NCBI GenBank assembly: GCA_964304625.1 | Contig: OZ199839.1 | Span: 7,216,207-7,280,206 of the forward strand | From: Kudoa neothunni | Taxonomy: Eukaryota > Animalia > Cnidaria | Direction: 5' to 3' | Length of the DNA: 64,000 nt | Shown: positions 52,725 to 64,000 of the stretch, one piece after another | Numbering within the stretch: the stretch's first letter is position 1 | Layout: every line of letters begins with the position of its first letter | Program-made: the position numbers and the translations under genes | Notes under the pieces: model-generated | Databases searched by the model: none | The model's input: only the letters and a program-made list of their open reading frames with translations | What the model was told of the DNA's origin: nothing

Positions 52725-55700
52725 CGTCCTAGTGCTCACGTAACCAATATTTGGATAAGATTTTAAATGCGCGCGTTTCTAATCGGGTTGTTGCGGTGTT
52801 TGTTATTTGGTCTAGATCTAATGTTTGAATGCTTTGCTTGGAATAGCATCTTTTATTAGAAGTCTCTATCACATTTCATGAATGAATGTATAAGTGATTC
52901 AATCAAAAATATACTAGATTTAAACGTTAATTATTTTATATTTTATTGATGGAATTAGCCTAATCCCAAACGTGTTGAGGATAGGTTCGACCGTGTGAGA
53001 ATAAGCTGAATAAAATTATTCCTCTAATCGGGGAAAAATCAATTTTTTTATTGTTAAATGCAATATTAATAATAATTGCATCGTTAGTTTAGTGATCAAA
53101 TGTAGAGAGTGTATTTTTCAAATAATAACTATCTATTCAATAGATTGGCTTATATTTTTATTTGATATGCATGATACTGCTTAACAGATAGCCAGATGAG
53201 GTATACTTTGCTTAATCTCAAATTATAAATATTTACACATTGCTAAAATATTTCACAATTGAATTTCAAAGGTAACCGAGCATACAATTTTAATGATGTT
53301 TAGTTAAACTCATTTGACGTAATCGGATTTAAAAATTAATTTTAAAATATTAATAAACAAGATTTTTCGATAATTTTACCTTTGAACATTTATTTTTAAA
53401 CAATAATCAAAGTAACTTTGAGAGAGTATATGAAATTTCCATACGTTGGCATGAATATTATTTTCTAAACTCGGTTCAACTTCTCGACGTTTATTTGAGG
53501 GGATTAAGCATTAATATTTTCAACAAATGATATGTCGAGTTATTTAATCTATGAAAAATGATAATTAAGTATCTTTATGTTAATTTTTGAAATTTATGAC
53601 AAAACAAAGATAAGAACACTGATTATTTCGATCAAATCCAAGGTGAGAACACTTTATAGAATTATAAGGAAGAAAATATTTGGATACTTCTTTAGGTTAA
53701 TATTAACTTAACAGTCATGGCTTTATTCAAAATTAAAGCTAGATAACTACACATTTTAAACATGGGTCGTAAAAATTCGAAGGATTAAGAGATCGATCAT
53801 TCGACTATTTCGGGTGACTTTACAGGACTCAACACCTGTTAGATTCAATATTTGAAGGTTTTAGTGATTTATTTTTGTGTTTTTATAAATATGGGGTGGT
53901 TATTATTTATTCGAAATATTGTTCGAGCGAATTATAATTACTATATTTATAATTATTTTCCGATAACATTAATTTAATAAATGAAAATAGCTAGGCTATT
54001 TATCGGATATGACTATTCTTGTAAATCATAATATGGGTAGGTCATGATTTGAACTATATTTTAATTAGTTAAGGAACTTAACTGAATATTACTGGCCGGT
54101 AATAATCAAATAAAGTAGTTTTAAAAATGATACATACACTGGCTCTAAATAGAAGTTGCGAGAAGTAAAAAAATGCGTGTGCCTGCGTGTACGTTTTAGG
54201 ATTAAAGTTTTCTGTAAAATTAACCATATCATTATTTATTTTTGAGAATTTTATACATTAAACATTTTCATTCAATGTCGGAAAATAATTTCTTTAAGAT
54301 ATATTTTGTCGGCTGGTTTTTTGGAAAACTATTACTTCTTGCCTGCTATAATCCAATTTTTCTTTTTGTAATTCAAAGTATTTATTGGTGTGTGATAGAT
54401 ACCGCATATTGTTATTTTAATCTTAATTATTCATATATTTCTATAAACATCGTAGTAGAATAAATAGTCTCAATTTACTATTCTAACATGGCGTTTAACA
54501 CCTTACAACATATAGTTATACATTGTATTTTAATAACTCGTTAATCTGTTAGAATAATCCATTAATGTAAATATTTAGATTAAAATAAGGGAAAATTGAC
54601 AAATCTTATATATGTGCGTATATTGACGATGTAAGAATTATTTGAATGTCTATAAGTGCGTAATTTGCTCACCTGTCACCCGTCGAAAAATTTAAGTTTT
54701 AGGGGCAAATATAAATATATGAACAATATTAGGTATTTTAAATATTAATCATTTTGTACAAATCTCATATAGTTAATTTTGGAGGTAATATTTAAATTTT
54801 CAACATTTTGTATAAATGAATAATTATTTTCTTCGTCCCGGATTCGTTTTTGTGTTAATTAATGGAAAAAAACCCTAATTGTCAAAATCAATATTATTAC
54901 AAGGATTTTCCAAATTTACCAGTATACTAATATAGTAATACGGAAATTGTCAAAAATGAATAGAAAAATAACTTTTCACATGAATGAGATCATTCCCACA
55001 AAAAGATCACTATAAAATTAAGCAGCGGAGTATTGTTTAAACTCAGTAAAATAAATCTAATATTTTTATAAAAATATAATTTTTTTTTTATCCAAGAAAC
55101 CTCTCAATGAAATATCAAAAATTTTTTCTCTAAAATTGTTATATTTTATCAAAAAAATATAATTTGTTTTAAATCTACAAAAATTCTTGATCAAATTATG
55201 AAAAAAATTCATATGCAATTTTCTTTTTAAGATATTATCTTGATGTTTATTCATTGTTCTACATTACTTGTACAAAAACGTTCCAAGGTGGAAGTGAAAG
55301 TTTGTTTTCGGGCATTTTCTAAAATTCTTAAAAATTGTAAATGTTTAACAATTACACATTACTGAAATCTGTTCTTGATTAATTTCATGTTTTATATTTT
55401 ATTCAACTTATTCATTTTAAGTTAATATCTCTATTCTCTTATTTGTGTTAAATAAAATTAAATATATTCTAATTAATTTCATTTGAAAAATTCAAAATTT
55501 CACCTGTAATTGATTATGATACACAAAATAAATAGAAATTATAACATCTATTCTATTCAAGGTAACGATTCAATTTCAACCTTATATTCTCCAGTTCTTT
55601 GTATACTTTAATACACGATTATTAAATAATTATTATATAATCAGTTATACAAAGAGTCAAAAAATATTTTACATAATAAAAATATAATTCCAATCAAAAG

Positions 55701-56016
55701 TAAAAAAAATTGAAGAAATCTTCCAAATTTGTGCCCAATTATTTTTACTAAAGATTAAAATTATTATGTGTATTTTCCCAATTATAATTTGTGATCAAAT
55801 AAAATTGGATATTTACAACTTACTATTTGGGCGGATGTGAAAAAACATTATTGTATTTAATTTGTTATTTAACATGATTTTAGAAAATTTTCATAAATTT
55901 TAATTGAACATATCACATATTATATTCTATTCTATTTATTCGGATAAATTAGACGCGCGTACAATTACAAACTCTAAATAAATACACCTAAAATTTATAT
56001 GATACAATTATGTTTA

Positions 56017-57804
56017 CTATGGAGTCAATTTCAATGCGATTAAACTGAAAAATCCCAAATAAAATGAGTATATAACTCTGTAGGAATAGACATCTGGATG
56101 GTTGAACATAAGACACAATTTTGTGTTGCGTGGCCACAACTCGGTTAAAGGTTTGTAGAAGGAGATATTCTCGTAATAGTAAATCATAGCAACCATAATT
56201 GTGAAAACAATATTTACCAGCGCTAGCTGATAAACGGTGTGATTATTGTGGGTAGATCTACAATATTTTGATATTAAGGACTTTTACAAAGTTAAAAATC
56301 ACTTATTAAAGAATAGATCACACAGACCAACCTTTAAGGAAGTTAAAGTGGACAGCGTCACAACAATCAACGCCATAGATAATGCTACAACTGAGGTGAA
56401 ATGGCAGAACGTTTCATCTAATGCCCAATAACCAAACATAATAGACGTGGATAAGGGTGTAAATGCTACAATAGTGGCAATTGCGTTGAGTAGACAACAT
56501 AAAATAATGATATGAATGTAGATAATGTTGGGATCTCCATTGCGGTTAACACTCCCACCATAACAGTAGAATTGAAAGAAAACAAAGTAAAATGTCAGCA
56601 AAACTCCACACTCGGTAAGGATCAGCAGCAGCAATTGAATAACGGCCCCGATTTCAGAGAGATTAGTCGAATAAAGTGCAAACAAAGATTGTTTCTCTAA
56701 CTCTAGCATTTACAAAGTTTGTTACGCAACGCAATAGTAAAAATATATCCACGATTACTCCGCAATCTGCAATGCATACAAAAATCTACCTAGCTACGCT
56801 AAAAATCAACACCAACTATTAAATTGAACAACAATTTCAATATCTATGCATCTGTTTCGTCCACTTGGTAATATCTGTTGGCAAGAAGACGTCGATAGAA
56901 ACGACGATGAATGGCGTACACCAATTTGCTATTGTAGCTAATCGACATACGATTAAATAAACAACGCAACATCATGTTAGTGTAATAGTAGAATCCAAAA
57001 TATATTTTTTCTGGGTGTTCTTTCTCATATTTGGTTAGATAGTTGTATAGGAACCATGAATTGTGAAAATTAGTAACCAACCGAAATAGCAAATAAACAA
57101 TCACGAATGAGCCGTATCTATAGGCATGCCAATTGTGTGAAATGGACATCCTTTGAAAAAGTTTATAGGTGGCTATCAACGCCGTTAAACGTATCACGGC
57201 ATCATTGAAAAATTTGTTGGAATCCATTGTGGCACACATGTAATCAACCAAATAAATCAATTCTGCGGGTGAAAGCACTTGAAATGATTCCATCACTTTG
57301 CTGCCTTTGTGTAGTTGTTGGTCAGCTGCGGAGGAATCATTGGAATCGTTTGTCTTTGTATCCTCTCTAGCATAGGGTTCAAACTCTTCGAGTTGTTCCA
57401 TTACCTGTTTTGGAAGAAACACAGTAAACGACCCATCATTAAGACAATGCATGAATACAGACACGCTAAAAATAAATATGTGATTCCAAATTAATGTTTT
57501 GAGATTACTTTGATTGTCCATAAACATAAAATCTGATTTTATAGTTTGTGCTATCAATAAGCGGTTGAAAGTAATTGGCCAAATCCGAAGGAAATGGATA
57601 AATGGTTTGGCTGATAGTTAACACCCTTTCAGGTGATGAGAATTTGAGAAAAAAAGAGCCGAGTGTAGGTGCGGTGTAATATACTCCGGCAATTGTAATA
57701 CATGTTTTAAAAAGAACTTTTTTCAAGAAAAAAGCCCTGAATTTGTCCCAAGGATTCATTGAGAATAATAACTGCGCGCGCTTGAATATTTTTAAATTCT
57801 CCAT
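56017..57804 (-). CDS. Highly divergent mucolipin/TRPML-like multi-pass membrane protein
   Basis: N-terminal LLFSMNPWDKFRA resembles mucolipin YFFMSPCDKFRA; TM1, large loop, further hydrophobic segments and a pore-like stretch before a final TM (YRVIYSFYLGFFSLIAL). Introns inferred. Confidence 0.55.
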
Positions 57805-57958
57805 TGCCTTATATCTGAAATTGAGTTTATCAACTCATTTAATCATCTAAATAAATTTAAAATTATTTTTTTGTTCAATCACACATATTAAAACTTTAAC
57901 ATTTAATTATTTTGTGTTATTTATTTTCATTATGTGGTGATGGAACATTGGGATATTA

Positions 57959-58386
57959 TTTTTTGTTTACAAGGTAAAACCCCTGGCGCAACTTATTAGG
58001 TTGTGGAATTCTGGTTGATCATACCTCTTCCAATAACGCTTTGGGCACCGCAATACGTAACATGAAACCCCGTCCCTTATCTTTATGCGGTAGTGTGGGA
58101 CTTTAACCCATTAAACATCCTCGTCTCAGAGCGACCACCACCACAAACCCTATCCCTTTAAGGACGTTGGCTCTATGAGGAGTGCAAATTACATGTCTTT
58201 CGATGTGTTCCGGAGATTAAAACCCACCCCACTTCACAGCGGGCGTACACTTTAACCACAGCTCCCAAATATGGGATAGAGGCCCACCTACACGGAAGCA
58301 GTAGTCTGACCACTGGCGGATTCGAACCCATTACCTCGTGGTTCTGGGTCCGAATGTCACAACGATGTGCTATCCGTCCTCGGCTA
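57959..58386 (-). mobile_element. tRNA-derived SINE, copy 2
   Basis: Reverse complement AGCCGAGGACGGATAGCACATCG..GGTTCGAATCC (A/B boxes; B box 58318-58328); same body and tail as 17358-17806 with small indels. Confidence 0.8.
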
Positions 58387-58947
58387 TCAATTAAAAGCCA
58401 TAAATTAAGATTAGGACGCTTGACTCAATCTGTCAATTAAAATTTTAATAATTGTATATTTTATTGGTCCATACCTTAACAAAAGCTATGTATTTCTTTA
58501 TGTTTATAAATTTTATGTTTGCATTAAACTATTGGTAATTATAACTCATTTTTTTGTACTCGCTGTAAAATATAACCAACAACCACCTTCTTGCGAAAAG
58601 TTGCAACAAAAATTAAAAAAACGAGATCGACCATTCTTTACTTAATTCTGGAACTATTTTACTTTTTTTCAGTAAGTACTTCAAAACGTGATACTTGTTG
58701 GTTCCCTAAATGGACAAATCGTCGCCAAGCATCATATCTATGTATTCTAACAGCCAACTTATGTTAAATAAGACATCAAAAAAATTGTGGTCCAACCTAA
58801 GAAATAAGAAAGGGTGAAATTTAATGAGGATGAACGAATGAAAAGCAAAAGCCAGTTTAATCTGTTTTTATATTACTTTCGAGTTCATTTAAGCATCATT
58901 GACGTTAGCTTCTCACGTCCAATTATAGAAAAACAATTTTCTCTATA

Positions 58948-61520
58948 CAGTCATCTCTGAATATTGTGCACCAAACTGGGGGAATTCAAGTTAGTGCGCA
59001 ATAAAAAGAGAGTATGCAATATTTAAGTAGGAGCATGCAAAACATAAAACTTTGATAAAATTTTATTGAAATAACTAATGCATTGGCTTAAAATAGTTTA
59101 TTATAAGTTTACAATAATTCTATCTATTAATATATTCGAAATTTAATCTTAAATTGTATGCAAATTGAAGAGACTACATGGATCACTTTTCTTAAAAAAG
59201 CTTTGAAGTTTTTCTGATGGTTGTATCGATACGGAGGTTGGTTGATTTTTTTCTCAAAATTTCATTCTCATCTAAATTGTGATTACCATATTCCAAAAAG
59301 TTATTAACAGAGACTAGTTCTCAATCATTAAATGATTATTTCTCTTCTGATTGACAGCATAATATCTCCACTTCTTCAATTTTGTACACTTCATAAAGTT
59401 AATCTAATAAAATGTATAATTTTCTAATTCTCTGATATAGTAATCGTTAATAATGATTTTATTTTAATAGAAGCCATTATTTTAAATGATATTGTAAAGT
59501 AATATATATTAGAAAACAAAATTTCAACCTTTTGAATAAACTGTTCCATCAATAACAGAAATCTCGTGTTTATTTGTGATTAATATAGAAAAAAAACCAT
59601 TAAAGTTCTAATATAACCTCATTTCAGGTTAATTCATGATGAAGTTCTAATTTATTAAGATTTAGAAGGTAAAAATTGAGTTCAAATTAGATCCCAAAAT
59701 AAAAATACATATGCATGTAATAACGATAGCTAAGAAACTTTACTGGACATAAATTCGATTTAGATAAAAAATACTATTTATTTGTTAATAAGAAAATTTT
59801 TTATTATAATAATTTAATAATAAAACAAACTTTCAAAGGATATTTTATAACATGTATTTTATATATTCACAAAATTTTAATCACATAAAAGTGTTGTTAT
59901 AAATATAAATCTGATATTACTGCCATTATTATTTCATTTATTTCCAAATAATGAACATAAACGTGATGAAAAAAATAATTAAACTAAAAAAATGTAATTA
60001 TATTAAAAAAATATTATGGTTAATAAAATTTTATATATGTAACATGTTTAATCGGGAAAATTAAGAATAGGGACCACGCGGATAATGTTTGTTTAAAAAA
60101 ATACAGAGTTTAATTAGTAAAGAAAATGTAAACATAACCAACTAACTTTATTACGATTAAGTAATACATTCATCAAAGAAACTAACTACTTGGTTGGTAA
60201 ATTATTGGAGTTTATATATTTACATCAACTCTCTGTTAGTTACGTAAAATTCAGGTTTTAATTAAAAACATAAAACCTAAATAAAGACTATTTTAGTCAT
60301 TTATTGAATAGATCATAAAATAATTATTTAATAATTGATAAAACTCACATAATTTTTTATGGTAGCGCGCAAACGCCTACTGCGCAATATCCAGAGTGTA
60401 CATTTCTAATCTTTTGAACGCCTCAAAATCGACTATACACTTGGTGCTGTTGGGGTAAAATGAACACATAACCATTTATTGCATCTTCAAATACAATAAA
60501 TAGCTATGTAATCGTACGTAAAATTAAATAAAAATTTATCAACAAATTTCTGTCATATTTTCACCAAGATTTACACTGCGTGTATACAAAATAATTCGAA
60601 TTTGTGTGAATTTCTTGGCGGAACTTGTGTTTTTGTCGACTTGGATTTTATTGTAACGATTCAATAAGATACATCAACTTTTGCCGTCTAAACATGGTTT
60701 AATTTCTCTTTTTACTAAAAATATTGATAAATTAAGTTAATTTGTAACGTGAGTAACAAATTAGTTTCCTACAGCTGGTAGCCATACTTACGTAATCCCC
60801 TCGGGAATAGTGAAAAAGTAAAAATAGTCACTTAACCATTTTAATCCAGTTTGAATCCCACGTAAATAATATGAATTTTTTATATCGCCCTTCGCATATA
60901 ATTTAGGCTATAAACATTAGTCTTCTTGCAAAACACATTCAAATGTTCATCTTTATCGTCAGATCCGCCAGAACTCGAGTTTCGAGGACCAAAATAAGCA
61001 ACGTAAAATATTTCGTTAGAAACGCTCCAATAGTCAGCGAGAAAAACCACATCAACGTTTTTTAGACTTTTGTCAGCGTGTTTCGAGTAAATTCGTGCGA
61101 ATGGCGCGGTAAAACGGATGCATCCGTGTCATTGCGTAGGATCTCGTTTACATGATTTCTTTATTTTCTCAGTATCCTGCCTACAGAATCCAACCAAACT
61201 CAAACATTCAACTTTATAAATATTCTGTTATCATTTAAAGCAATAAAAACCATGGGGTCAAATTGACCCCAAAAGCACCACATGTATTTTTTGTATGTTG
61301 TTTATTCTACTTTTTCAAATTTTTATTGAATAATTATAAAATACTATTTATTTTAGGAGAATTCACCGGATATTACTATTGTTAAACTGTTGTATGTATA
61401 TAAAACGTGTAATACAATAGGCTCTGGGGTCAATTTGGTCCCAGAAACGTTCGGAAAGTTAAATGAGGAGACATTTTACTGTCTAATATAAAGAGAATGC
61501 GCAATATCCAGAGACGACTG
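58948..61520. mobile_element. Tc1/mariner-pogo type element interrupted by a piggyBac-type MITE
   Basis: TA TSD; TIRs CAGTCATCTCTGAATATTGTGCA / TGCGCAATATCCAGAGACGACTG (20/23); internal subterminal copy at 60381-60396. Confidence 0.8.
60410..61458. mobile_element. piggyBac-type MITE
   Basis: CTAA|TCTTTTGAACG ... CGTTCGGAAAG|TTAA; subterminal palindromes at 61254-61270 and 61426-61442. Confidence 0.55.
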
Positions 61521-62044
61521 TACTCATGACACGTGCTTGCTTTAAGAGTTATTTAAGCTTCTTGAAATATTCATGAGTAAAGATTTGTAAACCTCAGCTG
61601 GTTAGGAATTATCTCTCTAAAACTTAATAATATTATTTAATAAAATTTTCGACAAAATTTTGAATTATATCTAGGAAAATTCAACTTACTAGAAACAACT
61701 AGCATCGTCACATGGAAGTTACAGGGATTAAAGTTTTTACGACTAATATTAATAAGTGGTTTGTAGTTAGTATAAGCAATTAAATTATACTAAAATATTC
61801 AAACAAACTAATAAATAAAAATATTTTCTGATTTAAAAAATATTAAATTAAAATTTAAAATTTTTAAAAAACGTATTTCGCCAAATAAACAAAATCCCAA
61901 CAAATTGATTTGTAATGGCTTTCATTGCCGAAGGATTACGATTTAACGCGATACATTGGATTAGTTTTCTATTTTTCCCCTCAACCAATTGCTACCAACT
62001 CACAACTATCCGATTTTTCGGGTTGAATAAATATTTTTAATCGA

Positions 62045-63878
62045 ATGGCTGGGTGAATTTTCGTGTGTATCTTCGAAGAGTGGAATAGTTGATATATTTG
62101 TAGATTCGGATGGAAATCGAATAAACGTGTGCAATTTTTTTTCTTATTAATGCTGTGCTTGGTTGTTATATACATTATTGAAAGGTTTAATTTTCTTCTG
62201 TACGACGAGGTTTAATTGGCTTCGTTTACTTAGACGAATTTCTTATTACGAAAGTAACAAACGTGGCCAATACCTACCTACACCTGTCATAATTGAATCC
62301 TATTATGGAATTATTGATGCTGGTAGTACTGGATCAAGACTTTACATGTATAAAGTGACAAGAGGAGTTAACAATAAATTAGAATATTTAAAATTTCCAA
62401 ATGGAACAATTGTGTCTCATAAAATTACTCCCGGTGAGTTTTTTTTTGGTTTACACAATCAAAAACTATTGCATTGTTTTACAAAATATATTTATATCAT
62501 ACCGAATAATCTGTTTTATTGTTATATGTTCTATTTTAGGATTGTCTGATTACACAGAAAATCTCGAAGGGGCTGTGGATTATATGTCAACGTTGTTGAA
62601 ATGGCTGGAGAATTCGGTTGACGCTAACATTATTTTAAAAACATCCGTTTCTATTCTTGCAACAGCTGGTATGCGACTTCTTCCAGCCGATCAACAGACT
62701 CGTATAATTAACAAACTAAAACAAGACCTACCCCTTAAATCACGCATAAAAATAGCTGAGGTTAGAGTGATACCAGGAGTACTGGAAGGTGTCTATCAAT
62801 GGGTTGCAAACAATTATCTCAGTGGTAAGATGGATCTGTATAGTGAAAATTCGCTCTCTCCACAAGGTTCCATTTATGATCTGCCATCAACCAATGGAAT
62901 AGTCGAATTGGGAGGTGCCTCTTTACAAATTGTCTACGAGAAATCTACCAACAATTTCTATAATAAAATTTTCACATATTGGAATCCGAGATTTCGAAGA
63001 AATTTTAAATTTAAACTTCATTCTGAGTCTTTATTGGGTTATGGGATGCAATCTATGCTCAATTGGTATCTTTCTCCCCTAAACACCCATTCCACTATGG
63101 AGCAAAAGTAACTCTCTAATCATTGTCTAATTTTATGAATTTATTTATATGTGGATTTGATTGTTTGTAGGTCCGCATGTTTGTTGAAAAATGGACGTAA
63201 AATTGTTCATTATCATGACAACAGTGGCAAAACTAACAATGAGGCCACTACGACTGTGTTGGGAAATGGCAATTTTGGGTTATGTCTCGGTAGTTTGGAG
63301 GAAGCACTCCTGAAAAGTGGGAAAATTCTAAAAGATTCCTCCAACAATCTACATTTTCCGTCCAATAAATCATCCATAACAAATAATAGCAACACCAATG
63401 AAATCCTCACGTTGAGTATTCCAGAGTTTATGGAAATTGATGGATTTTCAGAATTTTTTTACGGTTCCTTCGAATTTTATAGCTTTGACTATCCATTCAC
63501 CATCGAAAATTCCAATCTCTACATACAGAAGGCCAAAGTATCAATATTTTATATTTATTGCTGGAATTATTTTGAATTATTATACTTTGTGTAGGAATAT
63601 TGCGGTTCTAATTTTTCGCATGTTTTACGTCGATTGCAGCAAGGTCTTTTCAACACAAGAAACGAAGAGAATATACTGTATATTTTTTATATTAGTTGTG
63701 GATTTTAATGGTTTTGTTATGTAGCAATCAATGTTTTAAATCTGCATACATCCTGATTGTCAATAAAATTATATGTAAAAAGGGAAATCGTCTAACTCCA
63801 CGATTCAAATACGGCAATAAGGAAGTACAATGGACATATGGAGCTCTGATTGATTATTTGTCACGCATTGGAGCATAA
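62045..63878 (+). CDS. NTPDase/apyrase, ENTPD4/7-like
   Basis: N-terminal TM; apyrase conserved regions IIDAGSTGSRL, ATAGMRLL, LEGVYQW, ELGGASLQI and EVQWTYGAL; ENTPD4/7-like GFSEFFY and QCFKSAY. Confidence 0.9.
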
Positions 63879-64000
63879 ATAAATTTTTTATATTCTTAAA
63901 TCCCTTACTGAATTTGAATTTTTATTGTGTTTAGCTATTCCATCTAATAAATTCTTATTTATAATGTATAACTGGATTTATATATTTTTATCATCGAATT

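Noticed and set aside
54242-55254. Short AT-rich ORFs (also 35562, 41791, 44118)
   Set aside because: Low-complexity F/I/K/N-rich translations expected by chance in AT-rich DNA.

Overview
AT-rich eukaryotic (animal-type) genomic DNA, not prokaryotic. Compact genes split by very short (mostly ~30-60 nt) GT-AG introns are separated by 2-9 kb spacers full of decayed DNA transposons. This architecture suggests a reduced parasitic metazoan (myxozoan, dicyemid or orthonectid-like); that is an inference only. Genes recognised by manual splicing: mitochondrial-type 2-Cys peroxiredoxin (runs off the left edge), EPS15-like (3 EH domains + DPF repeats), RCL1, an orphan Cys/Pro/Lys-rich protein with a 117-bp coding tandem repeat, EXOSC10/RRP6, PRDX6, an orphan type II membrane protein, UBA1, tail-anchored cytochrome b5 (GC-AG intron), a very divergent mucolipin/TRPML-like channel and an ENTPD4/7-like apyrase. 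Mobile DNA: two inverted copies of a ~430-450 bp tRNA-derived SINE, a complete non-autonomous Helitron, a piggyBac nested in a Buster/Charlie hAT, a piggyBac-type MITE nested in a pogo/Tigger element, and other remnants. I found no clear multi-gene novel system. The best leads are the SINE family (possible Deu/Nin-like core), the TRPML-like channel with a rewritten filter, and the orphan Cys-rich repeat protein. Exon boundaries were read by eye and no database searches were run.
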